64,000 nucleotides of DNA from Octopus vulgaris (lineage: Eukaryota). The position numbers and the translations under genes are program-made. How positions within the stretch are numbered: position 1 is the stretch's first letter; the number at the start of each line of letters is the position of its first letter. The stretch is from NCBI GenBank assembly GCA_951406725.2, contig OX597822.1:42842001-42906000 (forward strand), read 5' to 3'. The notes beneath the pieces were generated by a model, which was given only the letters and a program-made list of their open reading frames with translations, searched no databases and was not told where the DNA came from. Shown here one piece after another: positions 1 to 14,477 of the stretch.

Positions 1-545
1 TCCGGACAACCCAATAGAAAGGGTTATTAATTCTTGTTTGGTCAGAAGAATTGCATACACATTGATAGAATGGGAAGACGAGAGATTTGTGTGTGTGTGT
101 GTGCGCGTGTGTTTGTCTTTTACTTGTTTCAGTCACTAGACTTCAGCCATGCAGGGGGCACCAACTTGAAGGATATTTTAGTCGAATATATTGACCCTTG
201 TACTTATTTTTTTTAAAGTGTAGCACCTATTCTATTGGTATCTTTTGCCGAAGCGCTAAGTTACGGGGACGTAAATACACCAACATCGGTTGTCAAGCAG
301 AGGTGACACACATACACATACACATGTAATGAGCTTCCTTCAGTTTCCGTTTACCAAATCCACTCACAAAGCTTTGGTCAACCGGGGGCTATCGTAGAAG
401 ACATTTGTCCGAGGTGTCACGCAGGTAGACAGAACCCAGAACCATGTGGCTGGGAAGCAAGTTTCTCATCACACAGCTATGCCTTCGCCTGTCTATTTTA
501 TGTATGTATACATATTTGTATGTGTTTGTATGCGCACACATACAC

Positions 546-623
<78 letters not shown>

Positions 624-1761
624 TCACGATGGGTTTACTTCACTTTCCGTGTACCAGATTCACTCACATGACTTTAAATCGGACAGAGGTTATAGTAGAA
701 GACACTTGTTCATGGTGCCAGCAGTGGGACTGAACCAGAAACCATGTGGTTGGGGAGCAAACTTCTTACCACAGCTACGCCTATTTCCCGTCCATTTTTT
801 ATGAACCTCAGCTTAAACTACTATCGCATCTGCTTTTATGAGTAACTCAATATTCACGGAACAGAAAATTACCAGTATTTTTTTAAAGGAAAATTTTCCA
901 AAATATTGTGTATTCATGTAAATATAAAAAGCTAAGGTTAAGCTATCTGTGGTTGCTAGTTGCAAATATGCTTTATTGTTCGAGATATATCAAAGTTTTT
1001 GTGTAAAGAAATCGAGTTTCACTTTCTGCCCTTCCCTGTCACGAATCACTTTAAATTCAAATTTGAATTTATGAGTAATATTTATTATTCTCGACGTCTA
1101 AACCTATTTAATGTCGTTTATTTGGGGGTGGCTTTTAGTTTATGATTATGTATACGTACACACATACACACACACACACACACTACAGAAGAAGGGAGGG
1201 AGAGAGAAGGCTGATGAATGATGGGTGGAGTAGTGTATGCACTGAGTCGTAACTGTGGGCTGTGGAGGTTGTCAAATGGAGTGAGAAGTGTTCAGATATC
1301 TGTTGCTGTACATATAAATATTATTACTAATAATAATCGTTTTTACTCTAGGCACAAGGCCTAAAATTTTTGGGGAGTGGACTAGTCGATTACATCGACC
1401 TCAGTGGGTAACTGGTACTTAATTTATCGACCTCGAAAGGATGAAAGACAAAGTCGACCTCGGCGGAATTTGAACTCAGAACGTCGCGGCAGACGAAATA
1501 CCTATTTCTTTTCTACCCACAAGGGGCTAAACACAGAGAGGACAAACAAGGACAGACAAACGGATTAAGTCGATTATATCGACCCCAGTGCGTAACTGGT
1601 ACTTATTTAACCGACACCGAAAGGATGAAAGGCAAAGTCGACCTCGGCGGAATTTGAACTCAGACGTAACAGCAGACGAAATACGGCTACGCATTTCGCC
1701 CGGCGTGCTAACGTTTCTGCCAGATCGCCGCCTTAACAACAACAACAACAACAACAACAAC

Positions 1762-1820
<59 letters not shown>

Positions 1821-2149
1821 GAATAATTCACCTCTGGAAACATGGGTGGTTTTTTCAACATCCTTAAACAACCCTTATTCAGGGACCGTTTGAGCGGGAT
1901 GGGCTACTCAACCTGAAGAAAATTCTAACTGGGCCCCACCTGCAAGGTCATGTGCAGTTTATCTTGATATGAGATCACCATGTCGCGCACATATGGTTGT
2001 GATGCATGTGCCTGGTGTGCCCTTATCAGACGGGTAGTCATGATGGGTATATTTTACCCCAGTGTCACTTTGATGGCATGAACTGCTCTCTCACTCAATA
2101 ATAATAATAACCATTTCATTTATTTGCCACAAAGGTGAAAAATTTAGGG

Positions 2150-3110
2150 GGACACTACAAAGATAGACACAAAGTATAGGGGCTTACATATAATGAAATG
2201 ATGAAAAAATAGGGTAAGTATGCTCAGTATATAATAGACAGGAAAGGACATATACATAGCATGCAAAGATTAAAGAAAAAGATGGTGGGAGGATGGTAGA
2301 GATGTAGCCCTCCTGATACAGTATGACCTTTAGGGATAACCGAGGAACCCCAGTGTCTGAGATTTCTCTGAACACCAAGAGCAACTACCCTCTCCTATTC
2401 CTTCACTCCGACTCACAGGTCTACACTAAGAGAGGTACCATCCATTCTTGTTATTTCCGCAACTATGTCCCCCCCCCACCTTTCAATAAATTCTTTCCGA
2501 AGACAGCACTTCCCTCTCCACCCTCAATTTCCTTTTCAAATGAAGCTTGAAGAAGTCAAGGTGAGCTCTACCAAAGAGGAATGTATCTGTCCTCATATCT
2601 CTCAGCCTTGTCCATCAAGCAACCTCTCTCGCACAGCCACCAGGCAAAGGAAGACTGCTTTGCCTGCCCGATTGAAGGAGGGCGGTGGGACAATCATCAC
2701 TACAGACTCGGCCATTAGACGGATCCGTCTCACATGTGACAACAGCTGCTCGATATAATCCCACAAGTCAGCAATTCCCGGACACCGAACGAGTACGTGC
2801 AGAACTCTTTCGTTACTCTGCAAGCATTTCAGACAAGTCCGTCTGACTGTACATCCGTGCCTGTAGAATTTATCTCGAACCGGTAGCGTCCTGAGGCCAA
2901 GGACATCTGGAAATTATTCATGATAGTTCCCGACCGGAAAGTCCACCGGAACAGATTAGCCAGTTCATTTTTGTCGGCGCCCAGAGTCACGCGGAGAACG
3001 TCGTCGCACTTCCCCACCAATTATCCTTTATAAATCTCTAAAGCGGAACATTCACTGATCCCATTGCTCGACTGGTAGAGGGCTGTGAGCACTTGACGAT
3101 ATTCTAGGTG
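2150..3110 (-). mobile_element. 3' fragment of an L1/Tx1-type LINE (zf-RVT-like region)
   Basis: ORF 2602-2823 has ERVLHVLVRCP..ADLW, resembling the C-terminal CCHC motif of Tx1/L1 ORF2. Broken by stops and frameshifts. Confidence 0.65.
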
Positions 3111-3123
3111 CCAAATAATAATG

Positions 3124-3186
<63 letters not shown>

Positions 3187-3256
3187 CAAGAAGAAAAGAG
3201 GAGTCGGGAAGACACTCGGCAAGAAATGGAAGCAAATTTGAAAGAAGAAAAAAAAA

Positions 3257-3311
<55 letters not shown>

Positions 3312-3313
3312 GT

Positions 3314-3356
<43 letters not shown>

Positions 3357-3579
3357 GCAACAGCAACAAGCAACAACAACAACAACAACAACAACAACAA
3401 AAACAAGAAGAAAAGCGCGACTGTTATTGGCAATAAATAGAGATTGACTCTGTTTATTAAAATGAAAATGAAACGAATGAACAATATTTCGACACTCCTT
3501 GAGTCTTTTCCAAGTTCAAAATATAAAATGAAATCAAATTCAAAAATAGGAAACGCTGAAACATTCAAAATCAAACCGG

Positions 3580-4960
3580 AATAACTGCGTTTCTTTCCAA
3601 GTAAAACAACGTCATCAGTCTTTGGTCTTTCATAAAAGGTAGCAGAAAGAAGGAAAGTAAGAAAAAAAAAAAAAAAAAAACAGAAAGAAAGAAAAGTATT
3701 GGGAGGGTGGGGTGGAATTATTCGGTCAAAACGTTTAGTATAAATATGATGGAATTCACCATTTTATTAATTCCTCCAGGCTACGATGTCAACAGTTCGC
3801 AAATATATCTATCCTCATGAAGATCGAAAGTGCTGTGGAGTGAGGGTATTTTTTGAGAATGTGCACCTTCAGGTCATCCTCAAATTTACACTCGTTTGAT
3901 GTGAAATGCTCCGCAAGTTTCGTGGAATTACTATTATTGTGCATAACATCGTTCCTATGTCCGTTAAATCGTTTTTGTAATTGTTCTGTTGTGCAACCAA
4001 CATAAATCATTTTGTGTTCGGTGCATTCCGCTGCATACACCAAATGGAAATCCACACAGGTCCCTCCTTCTGTGTAAATCATAACATTTCTGTTATAACT
4101 CTTGATGGAATTGGTCTGTCTCATGTTATTGCACAACGAACAGGGCTTACCTCTCTTATGGGTGTTTTGGAGGGGTGCAGCGTTCAGAAACTCCAATGGA
4201 GATTTTATTAGAGGTACTGGTCAATATTTCTCTAATATTTCTATTACGTCTGAAGGCTACAATAGACGGAAGGGGAAATGTTTGTTGGAGATCAGGATAT
4301 TTTTCTGAAATTTGTTGGTAACTGTCATGCAACACTTTTGAAATACCAACGAATATTCGGTGCCAGTTAATCACTAAAGGAATTCGACCATAAGCTCTTT
4401 TCTGATTGCTAAAATTAGGCATGAAAGTTTGATTATCACTACTAATTTCAGCTTTGTCATTTGCGATTTCTTTTAAACGTGTTTCACTATAACCGTGCTT
4501 TACACAATGGCGCTCAAAAGTATTTGCATATTTCCAATTATCCACAATGTCTGTGCAAATACATCTAATCCTTAAAAACTGGGACTTCGGAATTGATCTG
4601 ATTTTACGATGTGGAATAATCAGAATGGCGGTGGAGATAAATATGGGATGATGTGGGTTTGCAAAATAATTCTGTGACTATTCGGCCTTCCGAAAACTTG
4701 ACTTTTATGTCCAAAAATTCAACGCTAGTTTTTGAAAAGCTCGACGTGAATTCCATGTTGGACTTAAAGCCATAGTCTTCCGCGAAGCAGTCACAGAAAT
4801 GTAAAAATTTGACTAAACTGTCCTGTGTTCCTTCCCAGAAAAAAAGAAGACGTCAATGAACCGTTACCAGAGTATAGGTTCATGGCCATGCAGGAATTTG
4901 AATGTCTCCATTAATTGCGTTTCAAATTTTGAAATTAAGACATTTGCAAAATTAACTGTA
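3580..4960 (-). mobile_element. Degenerate Penelope-like retroelement (RT C-terminus/thumb plus GIY-YIG endonuclease)
   Basis: ORF 3789-4196 has LVYAAEC..C..IYVGCT...KRFNGHR...LAEHF (GIY-YIG-like). Upstream frames read SVEFLDIKV and SIPKSQFLRIRCIC. Frameshifted. A degenerate CTGATGA...GAAA motif lies downstream at about 3581-3622. Confidence 0.85.
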
Positions 4961-5598
4961 TCCTGTTAACTGCCATGGCGCATCCTTTCTACTATAGACA
5001 CAACGCCTGGAATTTGGAGGAGGGGGATAGTAGATTACATCGACCCCAATCTTTTACTGGTACTTATTTTATCGACCCTGAAAGGTTGGAAGGCAAAGTC
5101 GACCTCAGCGGAATTTGAACTCAGAACGTAACGGCAGACGAAATACCGCTGCGCATTTCGCCCGGCGTGCTAACGATTCTGCCAGCTCACCGCCTTAGTC
5201 ACAGCTGTATAATTAGTAACTATTATCGTAATTAGACGAAATACCTATTTCTTTACTACCCACAAGGGGCTAAACACAGGGAGGACAAACACAAATTTCG
5301 TCGAAGTCAGTCAGTTTTGCTTTTTACCTATCCGAGGTCGATCAAATAAGATAGCAAAGTACTGCGGTCCACGGAACCAACTTGCTTCTTCGCCTCACAA
5401 CAGTTGGTTTTGTACCAAAATTAGTAGTAGTAGTAACTCCCATGCCACCTTAATACCCCAATACCTTATTGCTGTCTCCTAGTACATGTTCTACTCCACC
5501 CTCTATTCATCAAGTCACTAAACCCATTCACTCGCCTGTCCGCCTGCCCGCCTATCTGTCTGTCTCTGTCTCACTCACTCACTCACTTACTCACTCAC

Positions 5599-5673
<75 letters not shown>

Positions 5674-5929
5674 ATACACACACTCACACACTTCACTCGC
5701 ACATATCTATCTATCTATCTGTCTGTCTGTCTGTCTGTCTGTCTGCCTGTCTGTCTGTCTGTCTGTCCTCTCTGTATCTATATTATCTATATGTATGTAT
5801 ACCTTGACCTACTTCCCATTTCATTAATCTTTCCACCCCGTTTTCCATATCTCTGACTTTTGCTTTCTTCCTCCCACCTCTTTCAGTTGACACATTTGTG
5901 TATATATCTGTAAAGGTATGTGCTTATGC

Positions 5930-5965
<36 letters not shown>

Positions 5966-5966
5966 G

Positions 5967-6021
<55 letters not shown>

Positions 6022-6202
6022 CGTGTGTGTGTGTGTGTGTGAATGTATAACCTGCGTGTGTATGTCTGTGTGTATGCATAAATACATGCATTTATGTATA
6101 TTCCTTTATTCTTTTACTAGTTTCAGTTGCACACATACACATATATATGCATGAAAGCCAGTCATAAAAGAATGGCACTGAAAAGGTGGTAACACTGGCG
6201 GT

Positions 6203-6292
<90 letters not shown>

Positions 6293-6354
6293 CATATATA
6301 TACATATAATACAAAATGGGTTTTATATACATATATATATAGAGATATATATAT

Positions 6355-6580
6355 AATATTAAATTAGAGATAAAACCACTATTAGGCAAATCAAACAATT
6401 CATTTATATTATTTTAAATATATATCAAAAGTATTAAAAGTTTAATAAAAGATATCTTTTATTAAACTTTTAATACTTTTGATATATATTTAAAATAATA
6501 TAAATTAATTAATTTTATGTATTGGCTTAAGTTTTTCATTGTTTGATTTGCCTAATAGTGGTTTTATCTCAAATTTAATA
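6355..6580. repeat. AT-rich palindrome centred on GAT|ATC (6453/6454), between TA tracts
   Basis: Spacer-less inner arms of about 50 bp, plus outer arms at about 6355-6398 and 6539-6580. Confidence 0.85.
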
Positions 6581-6662
6581 TAATATAATATTTTACTATA
6601 AAACTGGATTCAATCCTAAATCTGATTTTTCCCTGTAAGTTTGGATTTATCCCCTAATATTT

Positions 6663-6753
<91 letters not shown>

Positions 6754-6876
6754 CAGTGAACAGGTCGCGGTCTCAAAGCGACGAAAATATTTTGACAAAT
6801 TGAATTTAAATGTTGAAGTGAATCTAACGGTTTTTGTGTGTTTCTTAAATGGCTTATAAACACCTTCCACGCTGCA

Positions 6877-6939
<63 letters not shown>

Positions 6940-6984
6940 AATAAAAGAATGGAGTCGAACGAAGATTTTAACACAATTCCTTTA

Positions 6985-7067
6985 CTTTCAACACATGTTT
7001 CGAAGACTGCATATTCTTAATTCCGAAGGAATAAAGTGTGCATTATGCCGTCTTCTCATCAGGAAAG
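6985..7067 (-). ncRNA. Type I hammerhead-like motif
   Basis: Minus strand: ctttc CTGATGA gaagac...gtcttc GAAA c-atgt-GTT gaaag. Confidence 0.65.
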
Positions 7068-7358
7068 ACAAGGAAAATCAATCAGCCTCAAGACGGACAA
7101 AAACTTTTCTATGGCTTGCTACATAATGTTCACAGTGAACATAATGTAGCAAGCCATGTGTTGAAAGTAAAGAAATTGTGTTAAAATCTTCGTTCGACTC
7201 CATTCTTTTATTCATCTTAAATAATACACAAATTACCACAGAAGAACACGGGGTTTCTACCCTTGGCATGTAGCTTCAACCGTGTTTTCTGACGTGAATT
7301 TGCTACCCAGGTATCGATTAACCGAATTATCAATACTAGGATAATTCATTCACATACT

Positions 7359-7425
<67 letters not shown>

Positions 7426-7437
7426 ATACAAAATGGG

Positions 7438-7493
<56 letters not shown>

Positions 7494-7603
7494 GGTTATA
7501 TATACATATATATATATATATCAAAAATGGGGAAGGCCGGTTTATGGAATTACCTTAGGTTTCCCGTCCCTATTTTTAAGAGGTCACGGGCCAACAGGTT
7601 TCT

Positions 7604-7668
7604 GGGATCAGACGATACGCCATAAAGCTAACTGAACCCTTTATGGACGGGAAACCTTAGGTAATCCC
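7604..7668 (+). ncRNA. Hammerhead-like motif with a variant core (CAGACGA)
   Basis: gggat CAGACGA ..ccataaag..ctttatgg.. GAAA ccttagg TA atccc. All three stems are present. Confidence 0.5.
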
Positions 7669-7775
7669 AATCCCATAAACCGGCCGACTTTCTCCATCAA
7701 TTTTAATATATACTGCTATACTGCTCTACATCTTAGGGTGTGCTTCTTTCGGATTTATGTTTTTTACAAACGATC

Positions 7776-7813
<38 letters not shown>

Positions 7814-7939
7814 CATATGTATGTATATCTATCTATCTGTCTATCTACTCATATATACACACATTTACATACATACATACACACAGACAGAAACACGCGG
7901 GCACAGACACACACTCATATATACATACAAATAAGCACG

Positions 7940-8009
<70 letters not shown>

Positions 8010-8972
8010 TGTATGCATACATATATACACATAGTTGTATATACATAACTATGTATTGCATACACACATATGGATTCAGAAATTAACGAGTGATTTAAAA
8101 GTCCAGTGTGCATATTAGGCATGGTAGCTTGATTAAGTCTTTTTCTTGCCAAAGGCTTCGGTACGGCTCGACTCAACTCTAATTACATTGATTGTAAAAT
8201 ACCGCGCGATGGGTTGTAAGAAGTAGCTAAACGGCCAACGCTGCTCCACTGTGAAATACTCGCTGCTTGTTCCGTAAATGCTTAACTGCTTATTGATTTA
8301 TTCAACTAGTAGGTTGTTTAGTTGATTGAGCAACTGCAATACTCATCCTTCAAACCGACGGAAATCCATCCAATGTATAGATGTATATATGTATATATGT
8401 ATATATATATGCATGTATGTATGTATGTGTACTTATTCTTACATTCAGAAAGAAGATATAATTATCCCGTGTTTTTAATTATTTTCCCTCTTTCTAACTC
8501 ATCTAATGCTCTTCTTTTGATAAAGGACTAACGTCTGAAACGTTACAGTTCCTTTCCTTCATTCTTTTTACCGATTTTTAAATAGAAAATATATTAAAAT
8601 TCTTGCCGTCTGCGTTGCCCTTCTTATTGTTTTTATTAATCTTATATATATATATATATATCCGTATATAGGTAAATACATTTTACATGTATAAACAAAT
8701 ATTTATGCATATGTGTAATTGTATACATGTATATATAAATATAGATAAATACATATGAGTAATTGTATACATGTATATAAATATAAATAAATACATATGT
8801 GTGTGTGTATAACTATATGCGTATATATATATATATATAGTTCAAAATTCCAAAAGACGAAGACAAGTGAGGGAACAACAAGTAGGTGTATTAGTCTGAG
8901 AGGAAAACATGGTGGGAAAACGAAAAAGAAAAAAGAGAGAAAAAATGTATAGGTATTAACGGTCCAACGTGA

Positions 8973-9066
<94 letters not shown>

Positions 9067-9092
9067 TATATATATATCTTCATATATATATC

Positions 9093-9131
<39 letters not shown>

Positions 9132-9172
9132 CTCTACATCTTAGAGTGTGCTTCTTTCGTATTTATGTTCTT

Positions 9173-9236
<64 letters not shown>

Positions 9237-9272
9237 CCAACTTATCTATCTACCTACCTATCTATTTATATG

Positions 9273-9342
<70 letters not shown>

Positions 9343-9965
9343 CACATATATACACATAGACAAATTTAGGCGCAGAAGTGGCTTTGTGGTAAGTAGCTTG
9401 CTTGCCACCCACATGGTTCCGGGTTTAGTCTCACTGCGTGGGATCTTGGGCTAGTGTTCTCTACTATAGCTTCGGACCGACCAAAGCCTTGTGAGTCGAT
9501 TTGGTAGACGGAAAGTGAAAAAAGTCGTATATATATAGTGTAATAAATAAAATATATGCCTAGTATTGACGAGTCATGTCCTGTCTTGCCTTCGAAACAC
9601 GCTAAGTCTACTAGTGACAGCTGATGAAGGGGATTTTCCTTGTGTAGCATGTCCTGTACCTCGTTTTTCTGTTGTAAATAATGTTTTTCCCGTTTTCGTT
9701 CTCGTCCTGTTCCACGTCTCTGTCTTTCTGTTGTAACAAAATGGCTTTTCCGTTTTCGTTTCTGTTGAGTTTTACGTCTTTTTGTGGTGTCCTGTACGTA
9801 TATATATTTATATATGCATGTATATATACATGTAGATGTCGGTACGTACATATATGTTTGTATGTATGCATATATTTTATTTATTACACTATTGTCTGAC
9901 AGCGCTTCGCGTCGGGTTCCTTCGAATTTTCGCTTCGTTCCGTCTCTATCCTCCCAGTATTGTTT

Positions 9966-9967
<2 letters not shown>

Positions 9968-10032
<65 letters not shown>

Positions 10033-10033
10033 C

Positions 10034-10101
<68 letters not shown>

Positions 10102-10112
10102 ATATATATATG

Positions 10113-10143
<31 letters not shown>

Positions 10144-10220
10144 TATACATATATACATATATACATATATATATATACATATATACATATATATATATAT
10201 ATACATACATATATATATAC

Positions 10221-10266
<46 letters not shown>

Positions 10267-10467
10267 GTATATATGTATATATATATATATACATATATAT
10301 ATATCCATATGTATATATGTATGGATATATATATATATATATACATATATATATACGTATATATATACATATGTATATATATATATATACATATATATAT
10401 ATACATATATATATATATACATATATACATATATATATATATGTATATATATACATATGTATATATG

Positions 10468-10499
<32 letters not shown>

Positions 10500-10552
10500 C
10501 ATATATATATACATATATATATACCAGTACTCAAACTTTTATAAGGAGCGGG

Positions 10553-10620
<68 letters not shown>

Positions 10621-10710
10621 GTGTGTGTGTGTGTGTGTATATATATATCAATATATTATATATATGTATATCTCTATATCTATATCTATCTATCTATCTA
10701 TATATACATA
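9968..10710. repeat. Long compound (TA)n/(TACA)n microsatellite, representative of dozens across the window
   Basis: Directly visible. These tracts account for most entries in the ORF track. Confidence 0.95.
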
Positions 10711-10984
10711 TAGGGAGAATCCACGAAAAAACAAAAGACGAAGACAGGTGATGGAGAAAACAAACAGATGTTTAAGTATAACGCTCGGGAATTGAAAAAG
10801 TCTCTTACGTTTCGAGCCTACGCTCTTCCACAGAAAAGAACACAGAAAGAAACAAAGAGAGAAACAAGGAGAGAAAAAAATGTGTGTAGTGGCTACCGAT
10901 CTATCATAGTGACTGCCAGACAGAAGGGTGACACTGGAGGGCGAAGAAGTAGGGGAGATAACAAAGTAAAAGTGATACATACAC

Positions 10985-11061
<77 letters not shown>

Positions 11062-11123
11062 TATATATGTATACATATAAATCTATATGTATACATCTAT
11101 ACATGTACATCTATATATATATA

Positions 11124-11960
11124 CTAGCAGAATTGCCCGGCGTTGCTCGGGGCTGAATTGCTTGAAAGTACTGTTAATGATTGCACTGAATTATGATGAT
11201 TATTCAGGCAAATATTGATATAAGTTTACGGTGGGAGATAAGGACTTAACGATCAAACGTGTGCCATTGCATTGTTTTGGGGGAACCAAATTTCTGATGA
11301 GCATTATAGGGGCACCAACTTTAAGTTTGAGAAAGTGTGGTGGTAGTCCGGCGTGCTCAAAGGAATTGAGTACCTCTATTGGATAGTTGATGACGTCCTC
11401 TGGGTCAGGAGTTGTATCGATAGACTGATATACATAGACTTCCCCAGGAATGAGTTTTAGCATTTCATCATTAATATGGTGAACAGTTTTATTCCTCGGG
11501 GCCAGTATAGCCTTTTTATCAATCCAATCCATATTCTGATAATTAGCTTGTAGATCTGGGAACACTGCATCTCTGAGATCAGAAGGCGTCTTAACAATGT
11601 TACAAATGGAATCGATGGCAATATTACCATTTTCATCCACTGGTATTTTCCCTTCGCCAAGTGCAAGGAGGGTGTGAGGAAATGCTGCTGATGTGATATT
11701 ACGTCGCATATGAGCACGCATATTGGTGTGAAGTTTGAGAGTTACTTCCCTTTATTAAAAAAAATATGCATTAAAATGGAAAAAATGATGGTAAATTATT
11801 TGTAAAATCGTAGACTCATCGTAGACGCGCGCTAATACCCAGAATGGCTCGATATGAATCACGACTATAAGATACCCGGTTTTGGTTAAACTGCATCGCA
11901 AAATGTGGGAGTAGTTAGGAATCTAAATCGGAGTAGACAGACACACAACCTTTCTTTTAT
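11124..11960 (-). mobile_element. Helitron fragment with a partial PIF1 helicase
   Basis: ORF 11200-11721 has AILAPRN..., LPPHFLKLKVGAPIMLIRNL and CNGTRL. A 3' hairpin (cccgagcaacgccggg) is followed by CTAG at 11124-11127 and a TA tract. The far boundary is approximate. Confidence 0.85.
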
Positions 11961-13019
11961 ATATAAATATTTTCGTCCTAAAAAACTTTGTATGGATTGA
12001 ATGGTTACCTCTATGGAAATATATGCACGCACATTATACATACATGTGTGTATAGATGAATATATAAATACATTTAAATATCTATATACACTTTTGGGCG
12101 ATCTTTCTGTTTCTTAGAGATAACTTTATCCCGTCCGATTCGCTCCAAAATTTACAGGGACATGTAGAATGAGGTGACGTGGGCTAGCTTAGAAATCCCT
12201 ATCTTAAAAGGTGTGGTTGCTAGGGGACATCTTCCTCACTCACCCTATTTCCTCCAGTACCCTGTCACTCCTCTTCATTTGACAAGCCACTACGGTTATT
12301 TAATGTAAAGTCTTCCTCAAATCACTCTCTCGCTATTTACTCTCTCCCAAGAACATTTTCACTCACTCTTATCTCTAAGCTTCCCATACATTTTACTCAT
12401 GTATCTATCAGCGTCATAGACAGAAACAAATATTACATCGCCATCGCCATCGCATTCTATTGTCTACCTGTCAAAACACACACAGTGAATTACTTTCACT
12501 TTATTCGTTGCACACTATGTGTGTGCGTGTGCGTGTGCTTTATCCCACACTAAGAAAAGCATTTGACTCATACACCACAATGTGAGTTTTCTCTAAATTT
12601 TGCTTAATTGGGGTTGAAATTTTAAAAAGTGGACCTGGCAAGACCCGATGCATTCTACTCTTAAAAATGCTAGGTAAATTGTAATTGAAGAAATCCTATA
12701 TTGTAGATTTCTATAAGAGACAAAGGGAGGCAGATAAAATCTGCCTTTTATAATAAGAGATATATATACATACATATATATGTACACACATATACATATA
12801 TATATATAGACATATACATACATATAAATCTCTCTATATATACATGTATGTATGTATGTTTGTATGTATGTATATATATATATATATACATCTATACATA
12901 TACATCTCTACATATACATCTGTATATATATATATATATATACATACATATATATGTGCAGATATATACACATATAGACATGCAATATATATACATAAGT
13001 GCATGTATATATATATGTG

Positions 13020-13051
<32 letters not shown>

Positions 13052-13078
13052 CACATATATATATATATGCACATATAC

Positions 13079-13123
<45 letters not shown>

Positions 13124-13864
13124 GATGCACATATGTATATATATATTGCATGTCTATATGTGCATATATCTGCACATATATATGTATGCGTATATATATA
13201 TATATGTATATATATATATACAGATGTATATGTATAGATGTATATGTATAGATGTATATATATTTCTCGCCCTCCTTCTAAGGCCACTGGTCGACATTCT
13301 TTCTCTCTCGTCGTCCACTATAATCCAGCGTTTGCATTACTTTTTTCGTCTGGCGTAAACAGCCCTTCTTATCTTGTTCTCCTTGTCCTGTCTCTCACTG
13401 TTATATATTTATTTTTCAACTGTTTATAAATAATTTTTTTTACTGTTTATATGTTTGTACTGTCGTTACCGTCTTGCTTTTTTACCATTTTTTACCCCTC
13501 TGCGAAAAGATCTCAGAATTTTAATTGATTTGCTTTTCGCAGGAAGGAAGTTTCTTCGAAGTATACGTCTCGCTTTTATCCTTCGAAACGTAGAGTAGAT
13601 GAAACCTTAGCGACTGAAGAAGGGGATTTTTCGTTGTGCTTATTGTCCTGTATCTCTCTTTTTCTCTCTTTCTTTCTCTCTTTTTTTCTTTTTTTCTTTT
13701 TTTCTTTTTTGCTTGTCCTGTTCCTTGGTTTGTGTCTATGTTTTTCGTCTCTCTATGTGTTCGACGTCTTTTTGGTGTCCTGTACACATATATGCGTGTA
13801 TATGTACATGTAGAGGTAGGTACGTACATATATGTTTATATATATGCATATGTTCTATTTTATT

Positions 13865-13980
<116 letters not shown>

Positions 13981-14399
13981 TGAATATATAAAATGTGAGA
14001 TAATAGTTGAACTTTTAACAGTTTAATAGTTTAACTATGTATTTATTATATACACAATGAAAGTATTAACAGTGAAACTATTAAAACTGAAACTGTTGCA
14101 ATAGAAATGTTATTTTTTCCCCTTTGACACGTAAAACCGAAACCGTGTAAGAGATTGCTCCGGGCTCGCATTAGGCAAGAATTTGGCCCATGATACTCCA
14201 TATACTTTAAATAGCGTATCTGGAAAATTTGAATGAAAGCCGCCTGGTAGTTCTCGAGTTTTAGTATGCACACATACAGACAGGCAGATAGATACCCATT
14301 CTCAGTTATAGACATATACATACATATAAATCTCTCTCTATATACATGTATGTATGTATGTATGTATGTATGTATGTATACATCTATACATATACATCT

Positions 14400-14474
<75 letters not shown>

Positions 14475-14477
<3 letters not shown>

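Noticed and set aside
1825-2097. Insert within (AAT)n examined for a ribozyme
   Set aside because: It is probably a mobile-element fragment, but I could not build a convincing hammerhead or HDV-like fold by eye.
9366-10795. Long YI/IY-rich ORFs here and the many similar (CV)n, (HT)n and (YVCM)n ORFs throughout
   Set aside because: Translations of stop-free microsatellites.
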